From the human T2T-CHM13v2.0 reference genome, Homo sapiens: a DNA stretch of 64,000 bases. Position numbers and translations under genes: made by a program. Every line of letters begins with the position of its first letter. Within the stretch, counting starts at the first letter, position 1. The notes beneath the pieces were generated by a model. That model saw nothing but the letters and a program-made list of their open reading frames with translations. It had not been told where the DNA came from and made no database searches. Location of the stretch: NCBI RefSeq assembly GCF_009914755.1, contig NC_060925.1, one strand, 5' to 3'. Shown here piece by piece: positions 38,001-52,061 of the stretch.

Positions 38001-41000
38001 TGTGTGCGTTCAACTCACAGAGTTTAACCTTTCTGTTCATAGAGCAGTTAGGAAACACTCTGTTTGTAAAGTCTGCAAGTGGATATTCAGACCCCCTTGA
38101 GGCCTTCGTTGGAAACGGGATTTCTTCATATTCTGCTAGACAGAAGAATTCTCAGTAACTTCCTTGTGTTGTGTGTATTCAACTCACAGAGTTGAACGAT
38201 CCTTTACACAGAGCAGACTTGAAACACTCTTTTTGTGGAATTTGCAAGTGGAGATTTCAGCCGCTTTGAGGTCAATAGTGGAAAAGGAAATATCTTCGTA
38301 GAAAAACTAGACAGAATGATTCTCAGAAACTCCTTTGTGATGTGTGTGTTCAACTCACAGAGTTTAACCTTTCTTTTCATAGAGCAGTTAGTAAACACTC
38401 TGTTTATAAAGTCTGCAAGTGGATATTCAGACCCCTTTGAGGCCTTCGTTGGAAACGGGATTTCTTCATATTATGCTAGACAGAAGAATTCTCAGTAACT
38501 TCCTTGTGTTGTGTGTATTCAACTGACAGAGTTGAACTTTCATTTAGAGAGAGCAGATTTGAAACACTGTTTTTGTGGAATTTGCAAGTGGAGATTTCAA
38601 GCGCTTTGGGGCCAAAGGCAGAAAAGGAAATATCTTCGTATAAAAACTAGACAGAATCATTCTCAGAAACTGCCGCGTGATGTGTGCGTTCAACTCTCAG
38701 AGTTTAACATTTCTTTTCATTCAGCGGTTTGGAAACACTCTGTTTGTAAAGTCTGCACGTGGATATTTTGACCACTTAGAGGCCTTCGTTGGAAACGGTT
38801 TTTTTTCATGTAAGGCTAGACAGAAGAATTCCCAGTAACTTCCTTGTGTTGTGTGCATTCAACTCACAGAGTTGAACGTTCCCTTAGACAGAGCAGATTT
38901 GAAACACTCTATTTGTGCAATTTGCAAGTGTAGATTTCAAGCGCTTTAAGGTCAACGGCAGAAAAGGAAATATCTTCGTTTCAAAACTAGATAGAATCAT
39001 TCCCACAAACTGCGTTGTGATGTGTTCGTTCAACTCACAGAGTTTAACCTTTCTGTTCATAGAGCAGTTAGGAAACACTCTGTTTGTAAAGTCTGTAAGT
39101 GGATATTCTGACATCTTGTGGCCTTCGTTGGAAACGGGATTTCTTCATATTCTGCTAGACAGAAGAATTCTCAGTAACTTCCTTGTGTTGTGTGTATTCA
39201 ACTCACAGAGTTGAACGATCCTTTACACAGAGCAGACTTGAAACACTCTTTTTGTGGAATTTGCAAGTGGAGATTTCAGCCGCTTTGAGGTCAATGGTAG
39301 AAAAGGAAACTATCTTCATATAAAGACTAGACAGAATGATTCTCAGAAAATCTTTTGTGATGTGTGCGTTCAACTCACAGAGTTTAACTTTTCTTCTCAT
39401 AGAGCAGTTAGGAAACACTCTGTTTGTAAAGTCTGCAAGTGGATATTCAGACCTCTTTGAGGCCTTCGTTCGAAACGGGATTTCGTCATATTATGCTAGA
39501 CAGAATAATTCTCAGTAACTTCCTTGTGTTGTGTGTATTCAACTCACAGAGTTGAAGGATCCTTTACAGAGAGCAGGCTTGAAACACTCTTTTTGTCGAA
39601 TTTGCAAGTGGAGATTTCAGCCGCTTTGAGGTCAATGGTAGAATAGGAAATATCTTCTTATAGAAACTAGACAGAATGATTCTCATAAACTCCTTTGTGA
39701 TGTGTGCGTTCAACTCACAGAGTTTAACCTTTGTTTTCATAGAGCAGTTAGGAAAAACTCTGTTTGAAAAGTCTGCAAGTGGATATTCAGACCTCCTTGA
39801 GGCCTTCGTTGGAAACGGGATTTCTTCATATTCTGCTAGACAGAAGAATTCTCAGTAACTTCCTTGTGTTGTGTTTATTCAACTCACAGAGTTGAATGAT
39901 CCTTTACACAGAGCAGACTTGAAACACTCTTTTTGTGGAATTTGCAAGTGGAGATTTCAGCCGCTTTGAGGTCAATGGTAGAAAAGTAAATATCTTCGTA
40001 TAAAGACTAGACAGAATGATTCTCAAAAACTCCTTTGTGATGTGTGCGTTCAACTCACAGAGTTTAACCTTTCTGTTCATAGAGCAGTTAGGAAACACTC
40101 TGTTTGTAAAGTCTGCAAGTGGATATTCAGACCTCCTTGAGGCCTTCGTTGGAAACGGGATTTCTTCATACTCTGCTAGACAGAAGAATTCTCAGTAACT
40201 TCCTTGTGTTGTGTGTATTCAACTCACAGAGTTGAACGATCCTTTACACAGAGCAGACTTGAAACACTCTTTTTGTGGAATTTGCAAGTGGAGATTTCAG
40301 CCGCTTTGAGGTCAATAGTAGAAAAGGAAATATCTTCGTAGAAAAACTAGACAGAATGATTCTCAGAAACTCCTTTGTGATGTGTGTGTTCAACTCACAG
40401 AGTTTAACCTTTCTTTTCATAGAGCAGTTAGTAAACACTCTGTTTATAAAGTCTGCAAGTGGATATTCAGACCCCTTTGAGGCCTTCGTTGGAAACGGGA
40501 TTTCTTCATATTATGCTAGACAGAAGAATTCTCAGTAACTTCCTTGTGTTGTGTGTATTCAACTGACAGAGTTGAACTTTCATTTAGAGAGAGCAGATTT
40601 GAAACACTGTTTTTGTGGAATTTGCAAGTGGAGATTTCAAGCGCTTTGGGGCCAAAGGCAGAAAAGGAAATATCTTCGTATAAAAACTAGACAGAATCAT
40701 TCTCAGAAACTGCTGCGTGATGTGTGCGTTCAACTCTCAGAGTTTAACTTTTCTTTTCATTCAGCGGTTTGGAAACACTCTGTTTGTAAAGTCTGCACGT
40801 GGATATTTTGACCACTTAGAGGCCTTTGTTGGAAACGGGTTTTTTTCATGTAAGGCTAGACAGAAGAATTCCCAGTAACTTCCTTGTGTTGTGTGCATTC
40901 AACTCACAGAGTTGAACGTTCCCTTAGACAGAGCAGATTTGAAACACTCTATTTGTGCAATTTCCAAGTGTAGATTTCAAGCGCTTTAAGGTCAACGGCA

Positions 41001-41200
41001 GAAAAGGAAATATCTTCGTTTCAAAACTAGAGAGAATCATTCCCACAAACTGCGTTGTGATGTGTTCGTTCAACTCACAGAGTTTAACCTTTCTGTTCAT
41101 AGAGCAGTTAGGAAACACTCTGTAAAGTCTGTAAGTGGATATTCTGACATCTTGTGGCCTTCGTTGGAAACGGGATTTCTTCATATTCTGCTAGACAGAA
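35089..41200 (+). repeat. Three 12-mers ABCFGH (2,036, 2,040, 2,036 bp)
   Basis: A at 35127, 37163, 39203 and 41239. Confidence 0.9.
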
Positions 41201-44200
41201 GAATTCTCAGTAACTTCCTTGTGTTGTGTGTATTCAACTCACAGAGTTGAACGATCCTTTACACAGAGCAGACTTGAAACACTCTTTTTGTGGAATTTGC
41301 AAGTGGAGATTTCAGCCGCTTTGAGGTCAATGGTAGAAAAGGAAACTATCTTCATATAAAGACTAGACAGAATGATTCTCAGAAAATCTTTTGTGATGTG
41401 TGCGTTCAACTCACAGAGTTTAACTTTTCTTCTCATAGAGCAGTTAGGAAACACTCTGTTTGTAAAGTCTGCAAGTGGATATTCAGACCTCTTTGAAGCC
41501 TTCGTTGGAAACGGGATTTCTTCATATTATGCTAGACAGAATAATTCTCAGTAACTTCCTTGTGTTGTGTGTATTCAACTCACAGAGTTGAACGATCCTT
41601 TACAGAGATCAGGATTGAAACACTCTTTTTGTCGAATTTGCAAGTGGAGATTTCAGCCGCTTTGAGGTCAATGGTAGAATAGGAAATATCTTCTTATAGA
41701 AACTAGACAGAATGATTCTCATAAACTCCTTTGTGATGTGTGCGTTCAACTCACAGAGTTTAACCTTTCTTTTCATAGAGCAGTTAGGAAACACTCTGTT
41801 TGTAAAGTCTGCAAGTGGATATTCAGACCCCCTTGAGGCCTTCGTTGGAAACGGGATTTCTTCATATTCTGCTAGACAGAAGAATTCTCAGTAACTTCCT
41901 TGTGTTGTGTGTATTCAACTCACAGAGTTGAACGATCCTTTACACAGAGCAGACTTGAAACACTCTTCTTGTGGAATTTGCAAGTGGAGATTTCAGCCGC
42001 TTTGAGGTCAATGGTAGAAAAGTAAATATCTTCGTATAAAGACTAGACAGAATGATTCTCAGAAACTCCTTTGTGATGTGTGCGTTCAACTCACAGAGTT
42101 TAACCTTTCTGTTCATAGAGCAGTTAGGAAACACTCTGTTTGTAAAGTCTGCAAGTGGATATTCAGACCTCCTTGAGGCCTTCGTTGGAAACGGGATTTC
42201 TTCATATTCTGCTAGACAGAAGAATTCTCAGTAACTTCCTTGTGTTGTGTGTATTCAACTCACAGAGTTGAACGATCCTTTACACAGAGCAGACTTGAAA
42301 CACTCTTCTTGTGGAATTTGCAAGTGGAGATTTCAGCCGCTTTGAGGTCAATGGTAGAAAAGGAAATATCTTCGTATAAAGACTAGACAGAATGATTCTC
42401 AGAAACTCCTTTGTGATGTGTTCGTTCAACTCACAGAGTTTAACCTTTCTGTTCATAGAGCAGTTAGGAAACACTCTGTAAAGTCTGTAAGTGGATATTC
42501 TGACATCTTGTGGCCTTCGTTGGAAACGGGATTTCTTCATATTCTGCTAGACAGAAGAATTCTCAGTAACTTCCTTGTGTTGTGTGTATTCAACTCACAG
42601 AGTTGAACGATCCTTTACACAGAGCAGACTTGAAACACTCTTTTTGTGGAATTTGCAAGTGGAGATTTCAGCCGCTTTGAGGTCAATGGTAGAAAAGGAA
42701 ACTATCTTCATATAAAGACTAGACAGAATGATTCTCAGAAAATCTTTTGTGATGTGTGCGTTCAACTCACAGAGTTTAACTTTTCTTCTCATAGAGCAGT
42801 TAGGAAACACTCTGTTTGTAAAGTCTGCAAGTGGATATTCAGACCTCTTTGAGGCCTTCGTTGGAAACGGGATTTCGTCATATTATGCTAGACAGAATAA
42901 TTCTCAGTAACTTCCTTGTGTTGTGTGTATTCAACTCACAGAGTTGAAGGATCCTTTACAGAGAGCAGGCTTGAAACACTCTTTTTGTCGAATTTGCAAG
43001 TGGAGATTTCAGCCGCTTTGAGGTCAATGGTAGAATAGGAAATATCTTCTTATAGAAACTAGACAGAATGATTCTCATAAACTCCTTTGTGATGTGTGCG
43101 TTCAACTCACAGAGTTTAACCTTTCTTTTCATAGAGCAGTTAGGAAAAACTCTGTTTGAAAAGTCTGCAAGTGGATATTCAGACCTCCTTGAGGCCTTCG
43201 TTGGAAACGGGATTTCTTCATATTCTGCTAGACAGAAGAATTCTCAGTAACTTCCTTGTGTTGTGTTTATTCAACTCACAGAGTTGAATGATCCTTTACA
43301 CAGAGCAGACTTGAAACACTCTTTTTGTGGAATTTGCAAGTGGAGATTTCAGCCGCTTTGAGGTCAATGGTAGAAAAGTAAATATCTTCGTATAAAGACT
43401 AGACAGAATGATTCTCAAAAACTCCTTTGTGATGTGTGCGTTCAACTCACAGAGTTTAACCTTTCTGTTCATAGAGCAGTTAGGAAACACTCTGTTTGTA
43501 AAGTCTGCAAGTGGATATTCAGACCTCCTTGAGGCCTTCGTTGGAAACGGGATTTCTTCATACTCTGCTAGACAGAAGAATTCTCAGTAACTTCCTTGTG
43601 TTGTGTGTATTCAACTCACAGAGTTGAACGATCCTTTACACAGAGCAGACTTGAAACACTCTTTTTGTGGAATTTGCAAGTGGAGATTTCAGCCGCTTTG
43701 AGGTCAATAGTAGAAAAGGAAATATCTTCGTAGAAAAACTAGACAGAATGATTCTCAGAAACTCCTTTGTGATGTGTGTGTTCAACTCACAGAGTTTAAC
43801 CTTTCTTTTCATAGAGCAGTTAGTAAACACTCTGTTTATAAAGTCTGCAAGTGGATATTCAGACCCCTTTGAGGCCTTCGTTGGAAACGGGATTTCTTCA
43901 TATTATGCTAGACAGAAGAATTCTCAGTAACTTCCTTGTGTTGTGTGTATTCAACTGACAGAGTTGAACTTTCATTTAGAGAGAGCAGATTTGAAACACT
44001 GTTTTTGTGGAATTTGCAAGTGGAGATTTCAAGCGCTTTGGGGCCAAAGGCAGAAAAGGAAATATCTTCGTATAAAAACTAGACAGAATCATTCTCAGAA
44101 ACTGCTGCGTGATGTGTGCGTTCAACTCTCAGAGTTTAACTTTTCTTTTCATTCAGCGGTTTGGAAACACTCTGTTTGTAAAGTCTGCACGTGGATATTT

Positions 44201-47200
44201 TGACCACTTAGAGGCCTTTGTTGGAAACGGGTTTTTTTCATGTAAGGCTAGACAGAAGAATTCCCAGTAACTTCCTTGTGTTGTGTGCATTCAACTCACA
44301 GAGTTGAACGTTCCCTTAGACAGAGCAGATTTGAAACACTCTATTTGTGCAATTTCCAAGTGTAGATTTCAAGCGCTTTAAGGTCAACGGCAGAAAAGGA
44401 AATATCTTCGTTTCAAAACTAGAGAGAATCATTCCCACAAACTGCGTTGTGATGTGTTCGTTCAACTCACAGAGTTTAACCTTTCTGTTCATAGAGCAGT
44501 TAGGAAACACTCTGTAAAGTCTGTAAGTGGATATTCTGACATCTTGTGGCCTTCGTTGGAAACGGGATTTCTTCATATTCTGCTAGACAGAAGAATTCTC
44601 AGTAACTTCCTTGTGTTGTGTGTATTCAACTCACAGAGTTGAACGATCCTTTACACAGAGCAGACTTGAAACACTCTTTTTGTGGAATTTGCAAGTGGAG
44701 ATTTCAGCCGCTTTGAGGTCAATGGTAGAAAAGGAAACTATCTTCATATAAAGACTAGACAGAATGATTCTCAGAAAATCTTTTGTGATGTGTGCGTTCA
44801 ACTCACAGAGTTTAACTTTTCTTCTCATAGAGCAGTTAGGAAACACTCTGTTTGTAAAGTCTGCAAGTGGATATTCAGACCTCTTTGAGACCTTCGTTGG
44901 AAACGGGATTTCTTCATATTATGCTAGACAGAATAATTCTCAGTAACTTCCTTGTGTTGTGTGTATTCAACTCACAGAGTTGAACGATCCTTTACGGAGA
45001 TCAGGATTGAAACACTCTTTTTGTCGAATTTGCAAGTGGAGATTTCAGCCGCTTTGAGGTCAATGGTAGAATAGGAAATATCTTCTTATAGAAACTAGAC
45101 AGAATGATTCTCATAAACTCCTTTGTGATGTGTGCGTTCAACTCACAGAGTTTAACCTTTCTTTTCATAGAGCAGTTAGGAAACACTCTGTTTGTAAAGT
45201 CTGCAAGTGGATATTCAGACCTCCTTGAGGCCTTCGTTGGAAACGGGATTTCTTCATATTCTGCTAGACAGAAGAATTCTCAGTAACTTCCTTGTGTTGT
45301 GTTTATTCAACTCACAGAGTTGAATGATCCTTTACACAGAGCAGACTTGAAACACTCTTTTTGTGGAATTTGCAAGTGGAGATTTCAGCCGCTTTGAGGT
45401 CAATGGTAGAAAAGTAAATATCTTCGTATAAAGACTAGACAGAATGATTCTCAGAAACTCCTTTGTGATGTGTGCGTTCAACTCACAGAGTTTAACCTTT
45501 CTGTTCATAGAGCAGTTAGGAAACACTCTGTTTGTAAAGTCTGCAAGTGGATATTCAGACCTCCTTGAGGCCTTCGTTGGAAACGGGATTTCTTCATATT
45601 CTGCTAGACAGAAGAATTCTCAGTAACTTCCTTGTGTTGTGTGTATTCAACTCACAGAGTTGAACGATCCTTTACACAGAGCAGACTTGAAACACTCTTC
45701 TTGTGGAATTTGCAAGTGGAGATTTCAGCCGCTTTGAGGTCAATGGTAGAAAAGGAAATATCTTCGTATAAAGACTAGACAGAATGATTCTCAGAAACTC
45801 CTTTGTGATGTGTGCGTTCAACTCACAGAGTTTAACCTTTCTGTTCATAGAGCAGTTAGGAAACACTCTGTTTGTAAAGTCTGCAAGTGGATATTCAGAC
45901 CCCCTTGAGGCCTTCGTTGGAAACGGGATTTCTTCATATTCTGCTAGACAGAAGAATTCTCAGTAACTTCCTTGTGTTGTGTTTATTCAACTCACAGAGT
46001 TGAATGATCCTTTACACAGAGCAGACTTGAAACACTCTTTTTGTGGAATTTGCAAGTGGAGATTTCAGCCGCTTTGAGGTCAATGGTAGAAAAGTAAATA
46101 TCTTCGTATAAAGACTAGACAGAATGATTCTCAAAAACTCCTTTGTGATGTGTGCGTTCAACTCACAGAGTTTAACCTTTCTGTTCATAGAGCAGTTAGG
46201 AAACACTCTGTTTGTAAAGTCTGCAAGTGGATATTCAGACCTCCTTGAGGCCTTCGTTGGAAACGGGATTTCTTCATACTCTGCTAGACAGAAGAATTCT
46301 CAGTAACTTCCTTGTGTTGTGTGTATTCAACTCACAGAGTTGAACGATCCTTTACACAGAGCAGACTTGAAACACTCTTTTTGTGGAATTTGCAAGTGGA
46401 GATTTCAGCCGCTTTGAGGTCAATAGTAGAAAAGGAAATATCTTCGTAGAAAAACTAGACAGAATGATTCTCAGAAACTCCTTTGTGATGTGTGTGTTCA
46501 ACTCACAGAGTTTAACCTTTCTTTTCATAGAGCAGTTAGTAAACACTCTGTTTATAAAGTCTGCAAGTGGATATTCAGACCCCTTTGAGGCCTTCGTTGG
46601 AAACGGGATTTCTTCATATTATGCTAGACAGAAGAATTCTCAGTAACTTCCTTGTGTTGTGTGTATTCAACTGACAGAGTTGAACTTTCATTTAGAGAGA
46701 GCAGATTTGAAACACTGTTTTTGTGGAATTTGCAAGTGGAGATTTCAAGCGCTTTGGGGCCAAAGGCAGAAAAGGAAATATCTTCGTATAAAAACTAGAC
46801 AGAATCATTCTCAGAAACTGCTGCGTGATGTGTGCGTTCAACTCTCAGAGTTTAACTTTTCTTTTCATTCAGCGGTTTGGAAACACTCTGTTTGTAAAGT
46901 CTGCACGTGGATATTTTGACCACTTAGAGGCCTTTGTTGGAAACGGGTTTTTTTCATGTAAGGCTAGACAGAAGAATTCCCAGTAACTTCCTTGTGTTGT
47001 GTGCATTCAACTCACAGAGTTGAACGTTCCCTTAGACAGAGCAGATTTGAAACACTCTATTTGTGCAATTTCCAAGTGTAGATTTCAAGCGCTTTAAGGT
47101 CAACGGCAGAAAAGGAAATATCTTCGTTTCAAAACTAGAGAGAATCATTCCCACAAACTGCGTTGTGATGTGTTCGTTCAACTCACAGAGTTTAACCTTT

Positions 47201-50200
47201 CTGTTCATAGAGCAGTTAGGAAACACTCTGTAAAGTCTGTAAGTGGATATTCTGACATCTTGTGGCCTTCGTTGGAAACGGGATTTCTTCATATTCTGCT
47301 AGACAGAAGAATTCTCAGTAACTTCCTTGTGTTGTGTGTATTCAACTCACAGAGTTGAACGATCCTTTACACAGAGCAGACTTGAAACACTCTTTTTGTG
47401 GAATTTGCAAGTGGAGATTTCAGCCGCTTTGAGGTCAATGGTAGAAAAGGAAACTATCTTCATATAAAGACTAGACAGAATGATTCTCAGAAAATCTTTT
47501 GTGATGTGTGCGTTCAACTCACAGAGTTTAACTTTTCTTCTCATAGAGCAGTTAGGAAACACTCTGTTTGTAAAGTCTGCAAGTGGATATTCAGACCTCT
47601 TTGAAGCCTTCGTTGGAAACGGGATTTCTTCATATTATGCTAGACAGAATAATTCTCAGTAACTTCCTTGTGTTGTGTGTATTCAACTCACAGAGTTGAA
47701 CGATCCTTTACAGAGATCAGGATTGAAACACTCTTTTTGTCGAATTTGCAAGTGGAGATTTCAGCCGCTTTGAGGTCAATGGTAGAATAGGAAATATCTT
47801 CTTATAGAAACTAGACAGAATGATTCTCATAAACTCCTTTGTGATGTGTGCGTTCAACTCACAGAGTTTAACCTTTCTTTTCATAGAGCAGTTAGGAAAC
47901 ACTCTGTTTGTAAAGTCTGCAAGTGGATATTCAGACCCCCTTGAGGCCTTCGTTGGAAACGGGATTTCTTCATATTCTGCTAGACAGAAGAATTCTCAGT
48001 AACTTCCTTGTGTTGTGTGTATTCAACTCACAGAGTTGAACGATCCTTTACACAGAGCAGACTTGAAACACTCTTCTTGTGGAATTTGCAAGTGGAGATT
48101 TCAGCCGCTTTGAGGTCAATGGTAGAAAAGTAAATATCTTCGTATAAAGACTAGACAGAATGATTCTCAGAAACTCCTTTGTGATGTGTGCGTTCAACTC
48201 ACAGAGTTTAACCTTTCTGTTCATAGAGCAGTTAGGAAACACTCTGTTTGTAAAGTCTGCAAGTGGATATTCAGACCTCCTTGAGGCCTTCGTTGGAAAC
48301 GGGATTTCTTCATATTCTGCTAGACAGAAGAATTCTCAGTAACTTCCTTGTGTTGTGTGTATTCAACTCACAGAGTTGAACGATCCTTTACACAGAGCAG
48401 ACTTGAAACACTCTTCTTGTGGAATTTGCAAGTGGAGATTTCAGCCGCTTTGAGGTCAATGGTAGAAAAGGAAATATCTTCGTATAAAGACTAGACAGAA
48501 TGATTCTCAGAAACTCCTTTGTGATGTGTTCGTTCAACTCACAGAGTTTAACCTTTCTGTTCATAGAGCAGTTAGGAAACACTCTGTAAAGTCTGTAAGT
48601 GGATATTCTGACATCTTGTGGCCTTCGTTGGAAACGGGATTTCTTCATATTCTGCTAGACAGAAGAATTCTCAGTAACTTCCTTGTGTTGTGTGTATTCA
48701 ACTCACAGAGTTGAACGATCCTTTACACAGAGCAGACTTGAAACACTCTTTTTGTGGAATTTGCAAGTGGAGATTTCAGCCGCTTTGAGGTCAATGGTAG
48801 AAAAGGAAACTATCTTCATATAAAGACTAGACAGAATGATTCTCAGAAAATCTTTTGTGATGTGTGCGTTCAACTCACAGAGTTTAACTTTTCTTCTCAT
48901 AGAGCAGTTAGGAAACACTCTGTTTGTAAAGTCTGCAAGTGGATATTCAGACCTCTTTGAGGCCTTCGTTGGAAACGGGATTTCGTCATATTATGCTAGA
49001 CAGAATAATTCTCAGTAACTTCCTTGTGTTGTGTGTATTCAACTCACAGAGTTGAAGGATCCTTTACAGAGAGCAGGCTTGAAACACTCTTTTTGTCGAA
49101 TTTGCAAGTGGAGATTTCAGCCGCTTTGAGGTCAATGGTAGAATAGGAAATATCTTCTTATAGAAACTAGACAGAATGATTCTCATAAACTCCTTTGTGA
49201 TGTGTGCGTTCAACTCACAGAGTTTAACCTTTCTTTTCATAGAGCAGTTAGGAAAAACTCTGTTTGAAAAGTCTGCAAGTGGATATTCAGACCTCCTTGA
49301 GGCCTTCGTTGGAAACGGGATTTCTTCATATTCTGCTAGACAGAAGAATTCTCAGTAACTTCCTTGTGTTGTGTTTATTCAACTCACAGAGTTGAATGAT
49401 CCTTTACACAGAGCAGACTTGAAACACTCTTTTTGTGGAATTTGCAAGTGGAGATTTCAGCCGCTTTGAGGTCAATGGTAGAAAAGTAAATATCTTCGTA
49501 TAAAGACTAGACAGAATGATTCTCAAAAACTCCTTTGTGATGTGTGCGTTCAACTCACAGAGTTTAACCTTTCTGTTCATAGAGCAGTTAGGAAACACTC
49601 TGTTTGTAAAGTCTGCAAGTGGATATTCAGACCTCCTTGAGGCCTTCGTTGGAAACGGGATTTCTTCATACTCTGCTAGACAGAAGAATTCTCAGTAACT
49701 TCCTTGTGTTGTGTGTATTCAACTCACAGAGTTGAACGATCCTTTACACAGAGCAGACTTGAAACACTCTTTTTGTGGAATTTGCAAGTGGAGATTTCAG
49801 CCGCTTTGAGGTCAATAGTAGAAAAGGAAATATCTTCGTAGAAAAACTAGACAGAATGATTCTCAGAAACTCCTTTGTGATGTGTGTGTTCAACTCACAG
49901 AGTTTAACCTTTCTTTTCATAGAGCAGTTAGTAAACACTCTGTTTATAAAGTCTGCAAGTGGATATTCAGACCCCTTTGAGGCCTTCGTTGGAAACGGGA
50001 TTTCTTCATATTATGCTAGACAGAAGAATTCTCAGTAACTTCCTTGTGTTGTGTGTATTCAACTGACAGAGTTGAACTTTCATTTAGAGAGAGCAGATTT
50101 GAAACACTGTTTTTGTGGAATTTGCAAGTGGAGATTTCAAGCGCTTTGGGGCCAAAGGCAGAAAAGGAAATATCTTCGTATAAAAACTAGACAGAATCAT

Positions 50201-52061
50201 TCTCAGAAACTGCTGCGTGATGTGTGCGTTCAACTCTCAGAGTTTAACTTTTCTTTTCATTCAGCGGTTTGGAAACACTCTGTTTGTAAAGTCTGCACGT
50301 GGATATTTTGACCACTTAGAGGCCTTTGTTGGAAACGGGTTTTTTTCATGTAAGGCTAGACAGAAGAATTCCCAGTAACTTCCTTGTGTTGTGTGCATTC
50401 AACTCACAGAGTTGAACGTTCCCTTAGACAGAGCAGATTTGAAACACTCTATTTGTGCAATTTCCAAGTGTAGATTTCAAGCGCTTTAAGGTCAACGGCA
50501 GAAAAGGAAATATCTTCGTTTCAAAACTAGAGAGAATCATTCCCACAAACTGCGTTGTGATGTGTTCGTTCAACTCACAGAGTTTAACCTTTCTGTTCAT
50601 AGAGCAGTTAGGAAACACTCTGTAAAGTCTGTAAGTGGATATTCTGACATCTTGTGGCCTTCGTTGGAAACGGGATTTCTTCATATTCTGCTAGACAGAA
50701 GAATTCTCAGTAACTTCCTTGTGTTGTGTGTATTCAACTCACAGAGTTGAACGATCCTTTACACAGAGCAGACTTGAAACACTCTTTTTGTGGAATTTGC
50801 AAGTGGAGATTTCAGCCGCTTTGAGGTCAATGGTAGAAAAGGAAACTATCTTCATATAAAGACTAGACAGAATGATTCTCAGAAAATCTTTTGTGATGTG
50901 TGCGTTCAACTCACAGAGTTTAACTTTTCTTCTCATAGAGCAGTTAGGAAACACTCTGTTTGTAAAGTCTGCAAGTGGATATTCAGACCTCTTTGAGACC
51001 TTCGTTGGAAACGGGATTTCTTCATATTATGCTAGACAGAATAATTCTCAGTAACTTCCTTGTGTTGTGTGTATTCAACTCACAGAGTTGAACGATCCTT
51101 TACGGAGATCAGGATTGAAACACTCTTTTTGTCGAATTTGCAAGTGGAGATTTCAGCCGCTTTGAGGTCAATGGTAGAATAGGAAATATCTTCTTATAGA
51201 AACTAGACAGAATGATTCTCATAAACTCCTTTGTGATGTGTGCGTTCAACTCACAGAGTTTAACCTTTCTTTTCATAGAGCAGTTAGGAAACACTCTGTT
51301 TGTAAAGTCTGCAAGTGGATATTCAGACCTCCTTGAGGCCTTCGTTGGAAACGGGATTTCTTCATATTCTGCTAGACAGAAGAATTCTCAGTAACTTCCT
51401 TGTGTTGTGTTTATTCAACTCACAGAGTTGAATGATCCTTTACACAGAGCAGACTTGAAACACTCTTTTTGTGGAATTTGCAAGTGGAGATTTCAGCCGC
51501 TTTGAGGTCAATGGTAGAAAAGTAAATATCTTCGTATAAAGACTAGACAGAATGATTCTCAGAAACTCCTTTGTGATGTGTGCGTTCAACTCACAGAGTT
51601 TAACCTTTCTGTTCATAGAGCAGTTAGGAAACACTCTGTTTGTAAAGTCTGCAAGTGGATATTCAGACCTCCTTGAGGCCTTCGTTGGAAACGGGATTTC
51701 TTCATATTCTGCTAGACAGAAGAATTCTCAGTAACTTCCTTGTGTTGTGTGTATTCAACTCACAGAGTTGAACGATCCTTTACACAGAGCAGACTTGAAA
51801 CACTCTTCTTGTGGAATTTGCAAGTGGAGATTTCAGCCGCTTTGAGGTCAATGGTAGAAAAGGAAATATCTTCGTATAAAGACTAGACAGAATGATTCTC
51901 AGAAACTCCTTTGTGATGTGTGCGTTCAACTCACAGAGTTTAACCTTTCTGTTCATAGAGCAGTTAGGAAACACTCTGTTTGTAAAGTCTGCAAGTGGAT
52001 ATTCAGACCCCCTTGAGGCCTTCGTTGGAAACGGGATTTCTTCATATTCTGCTAGACAGAA
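39846..52061 (+). repeat. Tandem duplication of a 6,108-bp block (39846-45953 / 45954-52061): C F G H' A B (D/C) (D/H') A B C F G H' A B C D
   Basis: ORF sets are offset by exactly 6,108 bp (41239/47347, 42280/48388, 44631/50739). The private SNV tttacGgaga occurs at 44996 and 51104. Confidence 0.9.
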
